Of a DNA stretch of 64,000 nt, positions 27,376-39,074 are shown one piece after another. Below the pieces are notes generated by a model, which saw only the letters and a program-made list of their open reading frames with translations, was not told where the DNA came from and did no database searches. Position 1 is the stretch's first letter; each line of letters opens with the position of its first letter. The position numbers and the translations under genes were made by a program. Source of the DNA: Mobula hypostoma (taxonomy: Eukaryota); contig NC_086100.1 in assembly GCF_963921235.1 (NCBI RefSeq), forward strand, positions 201,564,001-201,628,000, in the 5' to 3' direction.

Positions 27376-27529
27376 CCGCTCTCATCTCCTTTTTTTTATA
27401 CTTGAAAATTCTTTTTCTATCCACGTTGATATTGTTTGCTAGCTTGTTTTCATATTTCATTTTTCCCTCCTGATGATTCTTTTAGTTGCTTTCTGTAGGT
27501 TTTTAAAAGCTTCCCAATCCTTTATCTTC

Positions 27530-27809
27530 CCCCCCACCCCCCCCACCTTGTCTTTCCCCCTGGGCCTCCTGTCCCATGATCCTCTCATATCCCCTTTTGC
27601 CAATCACCTGTCCAGCTCTTGGCTCCATCCCTCCCCCTCCTGTCTTCTCCTATCATTTTGGATCTCTCCCTCCCCCTCACACTTTCAAATCTCTTACTAA
27701 CTCTTCCTTCAGTTAGTCCTGACGAAGGGTCTCGGCCTGAAACGTCGACTGTACCTCTTCCTAGAGATGCTGCCTGGCCTGCTGCGTTCACCAACTTTGA
27801 TGTGTCTTG
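27530..27809 (+). mobile_element. Penelope 3' fragment with intact hammerhead (27715-27750)
   Basis: TSD ctttatcttc on both sides; agtc-CTGACGA-agggtctcggcct-GAAA-cGTC-gact. Confidence 0.88.
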
Positions 27810-28814
27810 CCTTTATCTTCGCCACTAATTTTTGATGCACTCTCTTTTGCTCTTCACATTAGCTTTGACTTCCCTTGTCAGCCACAGTTGTACTATTCTG
27901 CTATTTGAGCATTTCTTTGTTTTTGGAATACATCTATCCTACACCATCCTCATTTTTCCCAGAAACTCAAACCATTGCTGCTCTGCTGTCATCCCTGCCA
28001 GCATCTCCTTCCAATTTACTTTGGCTAACTCCTCTCTCATACCACTGTAATTTCCTTTACTCCCCTAAAATACTGCCATGTCAGACTTTATGCTCTCCCT
28101 ATCAAATTTCAAGTTAAACTCAATCATATTGTGATCACTGCTTCCTCAGGGTTCCTTTACCTTAAACTCTCTCATCACTTCCAGTTTATTACATAACACC
28201 CAATCTCTTAGTAGACTCAATGATAAGCTGTTCTAAAAAGCCATCTTGTAGGCATTCTACAAATTCACTCTCTTGAGATCCATTACCAACCTGATTTTCC
28301 TAATCTACCAGTATGTTAAAATCGCCCATGATTATCATAACATTGTCCTTTTGACGCACCTTTTCTATTTCCCATTGTAATCTGTGGTCCACATCCCAGC
28401 CACTGTTTGGAGGCCTGTATATAACTGCCATCAAGGTCTTTTTACGCTTGCAGTTTCTTAACTCAACCCACAAGGATTCAACATCTTCCGATCCTATTTC
28501 AGATCTTTCTAATGATCTGCCATTCTTTACCAGCAGAGCCACACCACCCCATCTGCCTACCTTCCTATCTCTCAGATACAATGTGTAACCTTGGACATTC
28601 AGCTCCCAATTACAACCATCCTTCATCCACGATTCAGTGATGGCCACAACATCATATCCAACAATCTGTGTAAAAGTGCAATAAGATCATCCACTTTATT
28701 TCTTATACTCTGTGTCCTGAGATATAACACTTTATATGTATGTATTTGCTACCCTTTTTTGATTCTGCATCCCTAATGTACTGATACTCACACTGCTGAC
28801 TGCATAAGAGCCCA

Positions 28815-29290
28815 TGGTGGCTAACTGGCAGGAGGCAAAGTGTGGGAATAAAGGGGGCCTTTTCTGGTTGGCTACCGGTGACTAATCGTGTGCCGCAGGG
28901 GTGATTGTAGGACTGTATCTTTTCACATTATACAGTATGTCAATGATTTGGATGACAGAATTGATGGCTTTGTGGCCAAGTTTGCTGATGATACAAATAT
29001 AGGTGGAGGGGCAGGTAATGTTGAGGAAACAAGGTGTTGAAAAAGGGCATAGACAGATTGGGGGAATGGGAGATGAAGTGTTAGATGGAATATAATGTAG
29101 GAAAGAATAAAGGTGTAGGGAGAAAAACCGAGAGGTGTGTACTCCTGCAGGATTCTCTAAAGGTTAACTTGCAGGTTGAGTTGGTGGTAAGGAAGAAAAA
29201 GGCATCGCTAGCATTCGTTTCAAGAGGATTGGAGTACAAAAGCAAGGTTGTGATGCGGAGGCTGTGTAAGGCATTGGTCAGACTGCATTT
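28815..29290 (+). mobile_element. Decayed CR1 RT fragment
   Basis: KFADD and ALVRLHLE peptides; breaks off at the hairpin. Confidence 0.8.
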
Positions 29291-29394
29291 GGAAGTTCTG
29301 GACTGGAGCTAACTGGACTGGAAGGTAACCAAGTCTGTCCTTAAGCAGTCAGTTACCTTCCAGTCCAGTTAGCTCCAGTCCAGAACTTCCAAAT
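29287..29394. repeat. Perfect 43-bp inverted repeat with 22-nt spacer
   Basis: 29287-29329 is the exact reverse complement of 29352-29394. Confidence 0.97.
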
Positions 29395-30307
29395 CATCTG
29401 GTGGACTTGGAAGACCGAGAGTGGATTCAACCAGCCTGTGAGGTCAGTTGTTGTTCACATAGGGCTGTGAAGATGCTGAAGAGGAATGGGCTGCCCCAGC
29501 TGGTAAATGGAGGTGTTCAGGGAGCCTCAGCATCATTCAAAGTAGATGTGCAGGGGATTTTTTTTTTACCAGAGAATGGTGGGTACCTGGAAGGTGCTGC
29601 CAGGGATGGAGGTGAAGGCATCATACGACAGAGATGTTTCAGAGACTCTCATTTGGGAATAGAGGGAGATGCACCATGTACAGGCAGAAGGGATTAGGTG
29701 TCACTAGCTTAATTAGTTCGGCACATGAAGGGCTGAAGGTCCTGTTCCTTTGTTTACTGGGGGATATTCAGAGGGACAAAATCGACCAGCATTTTGAAAG
29801 GCGAGCACTGATTGGTGATAGTTAGCATCACTTTGTGTGTGGGAAATTGTGACTCACAGATTTGATAGAGTTTTTTAAAAGGGTGATAGAATATATAACA
29901 GTACAGCACAGGAACAAGACCTTTGGCCCACGATGTTGTATCAAACTAATTAAACTCATAATTAAATGGCCAACTAAACTAAACCCTGCTGCCTCCACAA
30001 TGTCCATATCCCTCCATTCTCTGCATATTAATGCACCTATCTAAGAGCCTTCTAAATGACTATATTTCATTATCCCTTATCCATCAATCTTCACCAGACC
30101 ACTCCATCATCTCTTTCCGTTGTGTATGAACCTATCTGTGTTCCAAGCACTCATACACGAATGGCTCCACACATTGGTGGTCCCTCTCACTCCTACGCAC
30201 ACTAGCTCTATTAAATTATCTCAGTGACACACATTATCAACTTCTATGCTTTAACCAATGAAGTTTGCTAACTTTCACTGGTTGAAAACCAGATAGGTGT
30301 AGTGTAT

Positions 30308-30393
30308 AACAACAGGAATTCTGCAGATGCTGGAAATTCAAGCAACACACATCAAAGTTGCTGGTGAACGCAGCAGGCTTTGATGTGTGTTGT
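30308..30393 (-). mobile_element. Mini Penelope-like insertion with inverted tail
   Basis: 14-bp TSD taggtgtagtgtat (30294-30307, 30394-30407); caacacacatcaaag inverted as ctttgatgtgtgttg. Confidence 0.88.
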
Positions 30394-30553
30394 TAGGTGT
30401 AGTGTATGCTTATGACATTTTATGGTATCTGAACCTTATCTTGGAATGACTAGGAAACGGGTGTTGGGTGACCACTAATTGCTGCAGCTACAGAGACTGT
30501 GCTCAGATATGCTGCTTGTGATAGTCCATAGTTACTAATGGATGTCTTTTCAG

Positions 30554-30637
30554 TTCCCACAGCACCACAGTTCAAACAAGCTGGGAACATGTCAAAGGCT
30601 ACCACTCCAGGACCAATAGTCTCTTGTGCACATACAG
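30554..30637 (+). CDS. Host gene exon D (84 nt, phase 1-1; alternative in-frame acceptor at 30563): VPTAPQFKQAGNMSKATTPGPIVSCAHT
   Basis: Acceptor gtcttttcag with upstream tactaat branch-like motif, donor CAG|gtaagg; NMS sequon; membrane-proximal Cys. Confidence 0.8.
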
Positions 30638-30679
30638 GTAAGGCCCAGAAAAAATACATTGTTGGATCTGCTTACGTCA

Positions 30680-33600
30680 ACGGAACCATAGAACACTACA
30701 GCGCAGAAAACAGGCCATTCGGCCTTTCTAGTCTGTGCCAAAACTTTATTCCACTAGTCCCATTGACCTGCACCCAGTCCATAACCCTCCAGACCTCTCC
30801 CATCTATGTATCTATCCAATTTATACTTAAACCTTAAGAGTGAGCCCGCATTTACCACGTCAGATGGCAGCTCGTTCCACACTCCCACTACTCTCTGAGT
30901 GGAGAAGTTCCCCCTAATGTTCCCCCTAAACCTTTCCCCTTTCACCCTAAAGCCATGTCCCCTCATATTTATCTCTCCTAATCTAAGTGGAAAGAGCCTA
31001 CTCATATTTACTCTGTCTATACCCCTCATAATTTTGTAAACCTCTATCAAATCCCCCCTCATTGTTCTAGACTCCAAGGAATAAAGTCCCAACCTGTTCA
31101 ATCTTTCCCTGTACTCAACTCCTGAAGACCCGGCAACATCTTAGTAAATCTTCTCTGCACTCTTTCAATCTGACTGATATCCTTCCTATAGTTAGGTGAC
31201 CAGAACTGCACACAATACTCCAAATTTGGCTTCACCAATGTCTTATACAACCTCCCCTTAACATCCCAACTCCTATACTCAATACTTTGATTTATGAATG
31301 CCAGGATGCCAAAAGCCTTCTTTACAACCCTGTCTACCTGTGACGCCACTTTCAGGGAATTATGTATCTGAACTCCCAGATCCCTTTGTTCCTCCACACT
31401 CCTCAGTGCCCTACCATTTATTGTGTATGTCCTACCTTGATTTGTCCTTCCAAAATGCAACCCCTCACACTTGTCTGCATTAAATTCCATCTGCCATTTT
31501 CTGGCCCATTTTTCCAGTTGGTCCAGATCCCTCTGCAAGCTTTGAAAGCCTTCCTCGCTGTCCACAACGCCTCCAATCTTACTGTCATAAGCAAACTTGT
31601 TGAACCAATTTACCACATTATCATGGAGATCATTGATATAGACAACAAACAACAATGGTCCCAGCACAGATCCCTGAGGCACACCGCTAGTCACAGGCCT
31701 CCAGTCTGAGAAGCAATCATCCACTACCACTCTCTGTCTTCTCCCCACACAGCAAATTTCGAATCCAGTTTACAACCTCTCCATGGATACCTAGTGTCTG
31801 AACCTTCTGAACTAACCTCTCATGTGGGACCTTGTCAAAGGCCTTATTAAAGTCCATGTAGACAACATCCACAGCGTTCCCTTCATTTACTTTCTTAGTA
31901 ACCTCCTCGAAAATCTCTACATGATTCGTTAAACACGATCTACCACGCACAAAGCCATGCTGACTATCCTTAGTCAGCCCTTGGCTGTCCAAATACTTGT
32001 ATACCTGATCTCTCAGAACACCTTCCAATAATTTATCTACTACTGATGTCAGGCTCACCAGCCTGTAATTACCTGGTTTACTTTTGGAGCCTTTTTAAAA
32101 CAATGGAACAACATGAGCTACCCTGAAGTCCTCCGGCACTGCACCCGTGGCTAAGGACATTTTAAATATTTCTGCCAGGGCCCCTACAATTTCTATACTA
32201 GTCTCTCAAGGTCCAAAGAAATATCATGTCAGGCCTGGGGGATTTACCTACCTTTATTTGCTGAAAGGCAGCAAGCATCTCCTCCTCTTTAATCTCTATA
32301 TGCTCCATGACACTACAGCTTGTTTCCCTTCCTTCCATATACACTATGTCAGTTTCCTGAGTAAATACTGATGCAAAAAAACTGTTTAAGATCTCCCCAT
32401 CTCGTGAGGCTCCACACATAGACGACCACTCTGATCTTCTAGGGGACCAATTTTGTCCCTTACTATCCTTTTACTCTTAATATACTTGTAAAAACCCTTT
32501 GGGTTTAGAACATAGAACATAGAATAGTACAGCACAGTACAGGCCCTTCAGCCCACAGTGTTGTGCCGACCCTCAAACCCTGCCTCCCATATAACCCCCC
32601 ACCTTAAATTCCTCCATATACCTGTCTAGTAGTCTCTTAAATTTCACTAGTGTATCTGCCTCCACCACTGACTCTGGCAGTGCATTCCACGCACCAACCA
32701 CTCTCTGAGTAAAAAACCTTCCTCTAATATCCCCCTTGAACTTCCCACCCCTTACCTTAAAGCCATGTCCCCTTGTATTGAGCAGTGGTGCCCTGGAGAA
32801 GAGGCACTGGCTGTCCACTCTATCTATTCCTCTTAATATCTTGTACACCTCTATCATGTCTCCTCTCATTCTCCTTCTCTCCAAAGAGTAAAGCCGTAGC
32901 TCCCTTAATCCCTGATCATAATCCATACTCTCTAAACCAGGACCTTCACATTATCTGCCAAAGCAACCTCATGTCTTCTTTTTGCCTTCCTGATTTCCTT
33001 CTTTAGTATTTTCTTACATTTTCTATACTCTTCCCATGGGAAGATAGCTTGGAAGAGGCCTTTGAAAGGAAGCTCTCCAAGTACGCAGGACTGGTCAACA
33101 ACTGTCAGCAGGCTGGATGGAGAGCGAGGTGTCTCCCAGTGGAGGTTGGTTGTAGGGGATTTGTAGCCCATTCTTTAGTTACAGCCTTCAGCATTTTGGG
33201 CATCGAGGGAAAGAGGAAGAGGAGAGCCATCCGCAGTACCACCGATGTGGCAGAGAGGGCCTCAAGATGGCTGTGGCTCAAAAGAGGGGAGCCATGGAGT
33301 CATAAGTAGCTAGCCATCTGGACACAAGCTGGGGTCTGATCAGCCCTGGCTGGGTCACCTGGAGGAGGTTGTATGACGTTGAAAGACCCGAAACACCCGA
33401 TGATTCCAGGAACATCACTGAAGATGTGTCCAGAAGCATCAATAGATGTATGTACACAGCTTACTCTTCAAGTAACTAATTTGTTCTTTGTTGCCTATAC
33501 CTGCTATACACCTCTCTCTTTTTCTTAACCAGATCGCCAATATCCCTTTAAAACCAAGGTTCTCTATGCCTGTAACTTTGCCTTTAATCCTGGCAGGAAC

Positions 33601-33995
33601 ATGCAAACTCTGCACTCTCAAAATTTCGCCTTTGAAGGCCTTCCACATACTGAACACATCCTTGCTAGAAAACAGCTTATCCCAATCCACTCTTCCTAGA
33701 TCCTTTGTCATTTCCACAAAATTGGCCCTTCTCCAATTTGGAACCTCAACTCAAGGACCAGACCTATCCTTATCCATAATTAACTTGAAACTAATGACAT
33801 TATGGTCACTGGACCCAAAACGTTCGTCTACACATACTTCTGTCACCTGACCTGTCTGGTTCCCTAATAGGAGATCAAGTATTGCATCCTCTCTCGTTGG
33901 TACCTCTATATATTGATTTAGAAAACTTTCCTGAACACATTTGACAAACTCCAAGTTTGTCCCAGTCAATATGTGGAAAGTTAAAATCCCCTACT
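30680..33995 (-). mobile_element. CR1 ORF2 plus 3' end with nested insertions (CR1 3' end about 32506-32915; HERO-type 33034-33461)
   Basis: SDHN, QHGFVRGRSCLTN, GVPQGSVLGP, WNELP peptides on minus strand. Confidence 0.92.
33034..33461 (+). mobile_element. 3' end of a restriction-like-endonuclease non-LTR element (HERO-like)
   Basis: EEAFERKLSKY...GWRARCLPVEVGCRGF...AERASRWLWLKR resembles an RLE C-terminus; TSD tactcttc (33026-33033, 33462-33469). Confidence 0.8.
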
Positions 33996-34009
33996 ATTAC
34001 TATTTGTGT

Positions 34010-36230
34010 TCCCATACCAAGCTGTAATGCATTTATTCAGCACACTTTCCACCACACATCTATAAAAGATTGCCAAGGTTTTTGATGATGTGCTGAACCT
34101 CTTTAGACTCCTGAAGAAGTACAGGCACTGTTGTACTTTCTTCACAATAATATTTATATGATGGGTCCAGGACAGGTCCTCTGAGATAGTGACGCCCAGG
34201 AATTTAAAGTTAGTGACCTTCTCTACCTCTGATCTTCGGATGATTCCTGGCTCATAAGACCAGAAGACATAGGAGCAGAATTAGACCATTTAATCCATCA
34301 AGTCGCCTCCACCATTCAATCATGGCTGATCCTTTTCTCCCCTCCTTGACCCCATTTCCTCGCCTTCTCCCCATAGCCTTTGGACCTCTGGTCTTGTTGA
34401 CATTGAGTGAGAGGTTGTTGTTAATATACCACTCGGCCAAATTTTCAATCTCCCTCTTATATGCTGATTTATTCCCCACCCCCCATGATACAGCCCACAA
34501 CAGTGGTGCCTTTAGCAAACTTGTATACGGTATTGGACCTGTACTTAGCCACACAGTCATAGGTGTAAAGTGAGTAGAGCAGGGGGCTAAGTACACATTC
34601 CTGTGGTGCTCCTGTGATGATGGAGATTGTGGAGGAGATGTTTTTGCCAATTCGAATTGATTGGGGTCTATAAGTGAGGAAATCCAGGATCCAATTGCAC
34701 AAGGGGGTATTGATGCCCAGGTCTTGGAGTTTACTGATTAGTTTTGAGGGGGTTATGATGTTAAATGCCGAGCTGTAATTGATAAAGAGCATCCTGATTT
34801 ATGCATCTCTGCTATCCAGATGTTTCAGGGTTGTGTGAAGAGCCAACGAGATAGCATCTGCTATAGGCCTGTGGCTTCAGTAGGTGAATTGGAGAGCCAT
34901 TCAGACAGCTGATGTGTTTCAACACCAGTCTCTCAAAACTCTTCATCACTGTGGATGTAAGTGCCACTGGGTAATAATCATTTAGACAAGTTGCCATGCA
35001 CTTCTTGGGCACTGCTATGATCGAAGCCTACTTAAAGCAGGTGGGTACCACACACTGCCGGAGTGACTGGTTGAAGATATCCGGGAAATCATCAGCCAGT
35101 CGGTCAGCAAAGATCTTCAGTACTTGGCCAGGTACTCTGTCTGGACCGGATGCTTTTCTTGGATTCGCTCTCTTGAAAGCAGCCCTCACGTCATCTTCAG
35201 ATACTGAGGCCAAAGGATCATGGGGGTGTGCAATGGTTCCTCCTTGTTCTGGTGGTCATAGAAGGCACTGAGCTCATGTGGAACTGAAGCTCTGCTGTAC
35301 CCTATGTTGCAAAATTTAACTTTGTAGGAGGTTATGGCATTCAAACCCTGCCACAGCTGTCCAACATCCCTCATTGATTCCAGTCTAGTCCGGAATTTCC
35401 ACTACTTTGCCCAAGAGATGGCTTTCCAGAGGGCATACCTGCACATACTTGATCTTCGGACTGTAATGCCTCTGATCTGGCTCTCAGTAGGTTCCATATT
35501 TCACTGTTCATCCAGGGCTTCTAACTGGGGAAAACCCTGAACAATTGTGTGGGGATGCATTCATCCACAGCAGTTTTAATAAAGTCTGTAATGACCCTGG
35601 TGTAGTCATTCAGTCCTCAAATGAGTTCCTGAACACGGCCTAGTCCACTGACTTGAGGCAATCCTATAACCATTCCTCAGCCTCCCACAACCACCTCTTG
35701 GCTGTCTTGATCTCTGAGCCTTACTCTTTAGGCTCTGTCTGTATGCAGGTAGCAGGAGTCCAGCCAAATAATCCAACTTGCCAAAATGCAGTCTCGGGAT
35801 GAAACGATAGTCATTCTTTATCATAGTGTAGCAATGGTCTAGTGTGTTCTAGATCAGGGGAACAAGAAGTCGACATAACCCCAATGTCCGTGCACCAACA
35901 AGAATTGACTGAAAAGCATACACTGCCATATCTTTCCTTACCAGAATTCAAGGTTCGATCCATTCTGAAAATCGTAAAGCCTTCTGGTCAGATAGCTGGG
36001 TCCGGCGTGTTCGCTGTTAACCAAGTCTCAATGCAACAGACAATGGAGATCTACCTCATTTGCCTCTGATTCAATTTTATTTTCAAATGCTGTACGTTCA
36101 CTAACAAGATGGTAGGCAGAGAAGGCCTCATCCCTCTGTGCTTCAGCCTGATGGAATTCTCCTCCTATGTCTTATGGTCTCTTCCTAGGAGGGCCTTCAA
36201 GATATTGCAGGAGAGAACTTTCCAGAAGAC
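34010..36230 (-). mobile_element. Decayed Rex1/Babar-type LINE
   Basis: [50 protein letters not shown] peptides. Confidence 0.85.
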
Positions 36231-36737
36231 ATTTGACAAATTCCAAGCCCTTAGCACTATGGCAGTGCCAGTCTATGTTAGGAAAGTTAAATTCCCTTGT
36301 TATTCTTATAACTCGCCGCAATCTCCTTACATATTTGTTCCTCTAGTTTCTGTTGACTATTTCTGCAGTAGAATCCCAACAATGTGATCATCCCCTTCTT
36401 ATTTCTCAGTTCTCCCATAAAGCCTCACTGGATGGTCCCTCAGAAATTTCATCTTGGACCACTGCTGTAATGTGCACCTTGTTTTGAAATGTAATTCCCC
36501 CTCCTCTCATTCTTCAACCTCTACCCTGCATATAACCCCTATACCCTTGAACATAAAGTGCCACTCATGTTCCTTCTTTAGCCATGTTTCTATTATGAAT
36601 GCACTCGACTAGTTGCACACAGCTATCCAAGTACTCAATTCATCTGTTTTAGCTGTCAGGTCCCCTGCATTGAAATAAATACAAATTAATCCCACAGGTT
36701 TTAAATTTGCATTTCCTTGAACCAGTGGTTTATGTAG

Positions 36738-37504
36738 TGTTACATACCTGATGGATATCTTGTGACTTTCTTGTGAGGATGATGTAATGGTCTTTTGGAG
36801 GTCACCTGATGTAATTTTCCCGCTGATGTGAGGTCACGTGATGACATGTTCACCTCGGGTATAAAAGGAGAACCCTGGGGTGATGCAGGTTTGATTTAAA
36901 ACAGAGTTTTACGTTCTATTGTAAGGTACTAAAATGTTGGGCCAGCAGTTTAACCAATAGCTGCCAGATTTGTTGATGTACCTTTTCAGTAATATTGGAG
37001 AGTGAAGATGGGAACCTGAAGGAGTTGTTCAATGGTTCAAAGGATCGACCATTATTGAATTTGTTCAAGGAAGAGTGATTTGCATGAGATAGCCTCTGCT
37101 AAAAGCAGCAGAAAAGGTTGTGCAGTATCTAGTATCCAGAGGGAAAGGTCAGTGCCTTTAAACCGTTTTATTTCCATCGTCGTGAATCCTGCGGAAAAGA
37201 CAGGATCCGGCTGGGACTGGCGTGACGTCGGGTCTTCGAGGAATTCTTTACTTCAGGAAAGTCTCTCCTAATTGACTGTATAAATCTCTTGAACTTTCGA
37301 ATTTACCATTCTAAGAACTGTTTTTGAATTCACCACTTTAAGAACTAGTACTGGGTGGCGGTTTGTTAAATGGCCACATAGCAGTTTACTTCCGGTTAAG
37401 ATTTTTGTTTGTTTTTTTTATATTGAGCAGAGTTTAATAAATGTTTGATTGTTTTTATAAAACCTGACTCGATTGATATATTCATTGTTGCCGGTCACGT
37501 GACA
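36738..37504 (+). mobile_element. Solo LTR (Gypsy-like), 767 bp
   Basis: Termini TGTTAC...GTGACA, 4-bp TSD gtag on both sides, TATAAAA near 36860, AATAAA near 37436. Confidence 0.85.
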
Positions 37505-37600
37505 GTAGTATCCCATCTGCAGGCAAAAGGTGCAGGATTTATAAACAAGTGAAACAGCAGATTACTTGCAAATTTGCAACTCTTCTCCCTTATTCCCTAG

Positions 37601-37754
37601 GTACACCCATTTGGCTGATGGTGTTGCTTGTCTTGGTTGTGATCTTCCTTCTTGTGGTATTCGTTGTGCTGTTGTATTATCTGAGGAAGAAGAGTGACAG
37701 TACTGATGATGTATCAGAAAGATCCAATCTCAGTGAGAATAATCCTACTGTGAG
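37601..37754 (+). CDS. Host gene transmembrane exon: GTPIWLMVLLVLVVIFLLVVFVVLLYYL-RKKSDSTDDVSERSNLSENNPTV
   Basis: Acceptor ctcttctcccttattccctag in phase 1; about 25 hydrophobic residues followed by RKK stop-transfer; best donor AG|gtgagg at 37755 (weaker alternatives at 37733 and 37750). Confidence 0.9.
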
Positions 37755-37772
37755 GTGAGGTTCCAGATTTTC

Positions 37773-37857
37773 TTTTTTTTCTGTAATTTATTTTTTATTG
37801 AAGTTCATCATCAAACAAACATTTCCATAAGATGTATTTCAGACACTGTACATGTAT
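37773..37857 (-). mobile_element. Very short poly(A)-tailed retroposed insertion (L1/Tx1-like 3' end)
   Basis: T-rich tail with TTTATT signal on + strand; 15-bp TSD aggt(t/g)ccagattttc at 37758-37772 and 37858-37872. Confidence 0.75.
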
Positions 37858-38223
37858 AGGTGCCAGATTTTCATCACCGTTATCATTGTGCAGTTGCTCC
37901 TCAGAACAGACATTCCGTATTCTAGCCAATAACTCCATTTACTAACTTTAGTCACCGAAGTTCAGTATCCTGAATAACCCAGGGTCCCACTAGTGTTCAC
38001 CTTATGTTCCAAATTGTAATTGAGAAAGTCTGTTTGCAGTGTGACATGATTTCAGCCTTGAATCATAGTCACAGGCCATTTGTGCTACTGCAGCCCATCT
38101 CCACCGACAACAGCTCCTCTCATAAACTTACACAATCTGTTGTTCAACCATTCTAAACTCCCATTCTGTTGAAAGAAAGGAATGAGCTATGTCCACCAGT
38201 GTGGCTGACTAGACTGAGGAAAT

Positions 38224-38996
38224 TGTTACGAACCGTAACGTTTTAGAAACAAATTAGCAGCAAGAGATTTCACACTGAGTCAGGTTTTAATGTTACAACC
38301 ACTATATTAGTATCTACTTGTAATATAGTAACTCCTCCAAGATAACCAAAAGCTAACAGTGTTACGTGTATATATGTGTGTGTAAATATAACTCCCAAAC
38401 TAGACTGAGCTTGGGGGGAACAAGGCTTAGAGTCTTGAGATGGCAATGTAGGGAAGTTCAGTCATCCACGTAAGAAGTGATGGGAGAGAGATATTTGTAA
38501 TCCAAGGTAGATGTAGAGGAAGGGTAAATGCGAAGTATTCCACAAGTTCCACGTCAGGTAAAATGAGAGAACGTCGCCGTAAATCTTGTCCGTCGTGTCA
38601 TTCCAAATTATCACCGAAAGTGATCTGTCACGGGAATATCGTCTTCCAGTGGTTACATACCCAGGCAAGGGCTACAAAAGTGGTCCCACAAGATACTCCA
38701 AAATCCACTCTATGGATTTTACGAAGTGACAGTCACACATTCATTGTGCACTGTGTGCCGATGTTTAACCCACCGTTGTAGGCATAAGAGAGTTCCAAGC
38801 CCCTGCTGCGACAAGCTGAAGCTACCGGCTTCCCCAGACTCTCTCCCTCACTGACTGAAGATCTCTCTCTCTCTCTCTCCCTGTATAAAAACCTGAAGCA
38901 AACCATTTCAGTCGGTGACTGACGTCATAGTCCCGCCTCACTTAGGTGCTCTTAAAGTGACAGTCCACAGTAAACGAAACCTGTGGGTTTGTAACA
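38224..38996 (-). mobile_element. Solo LTR (Gypsy-like), 773 bp; orientation tentative
   Basis: Inverted termini TGTTACGAAC...GTTTGTAACA; flanks aaat/caat (TSD with one mismatch). Confidence 0.75.
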
Positions 38997-39074
38997 CAAT
39001 TTAAAGGCATAGTTGATTGAAAAGCACGAAGATAGGGACAATTAGTACGTCTTTGTCACTTCTTACAAACCTTA

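Larger units (their letters stand above)
25690..28790 (-). mobile_element. CR1 ORF2 (endonuclease to RT) with two nested Penelope insertions
   Basis: ITESW, IYRPP, MGDFN, QHGF, YLDFQK peptides on minus strand. Confidence 0.9.
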
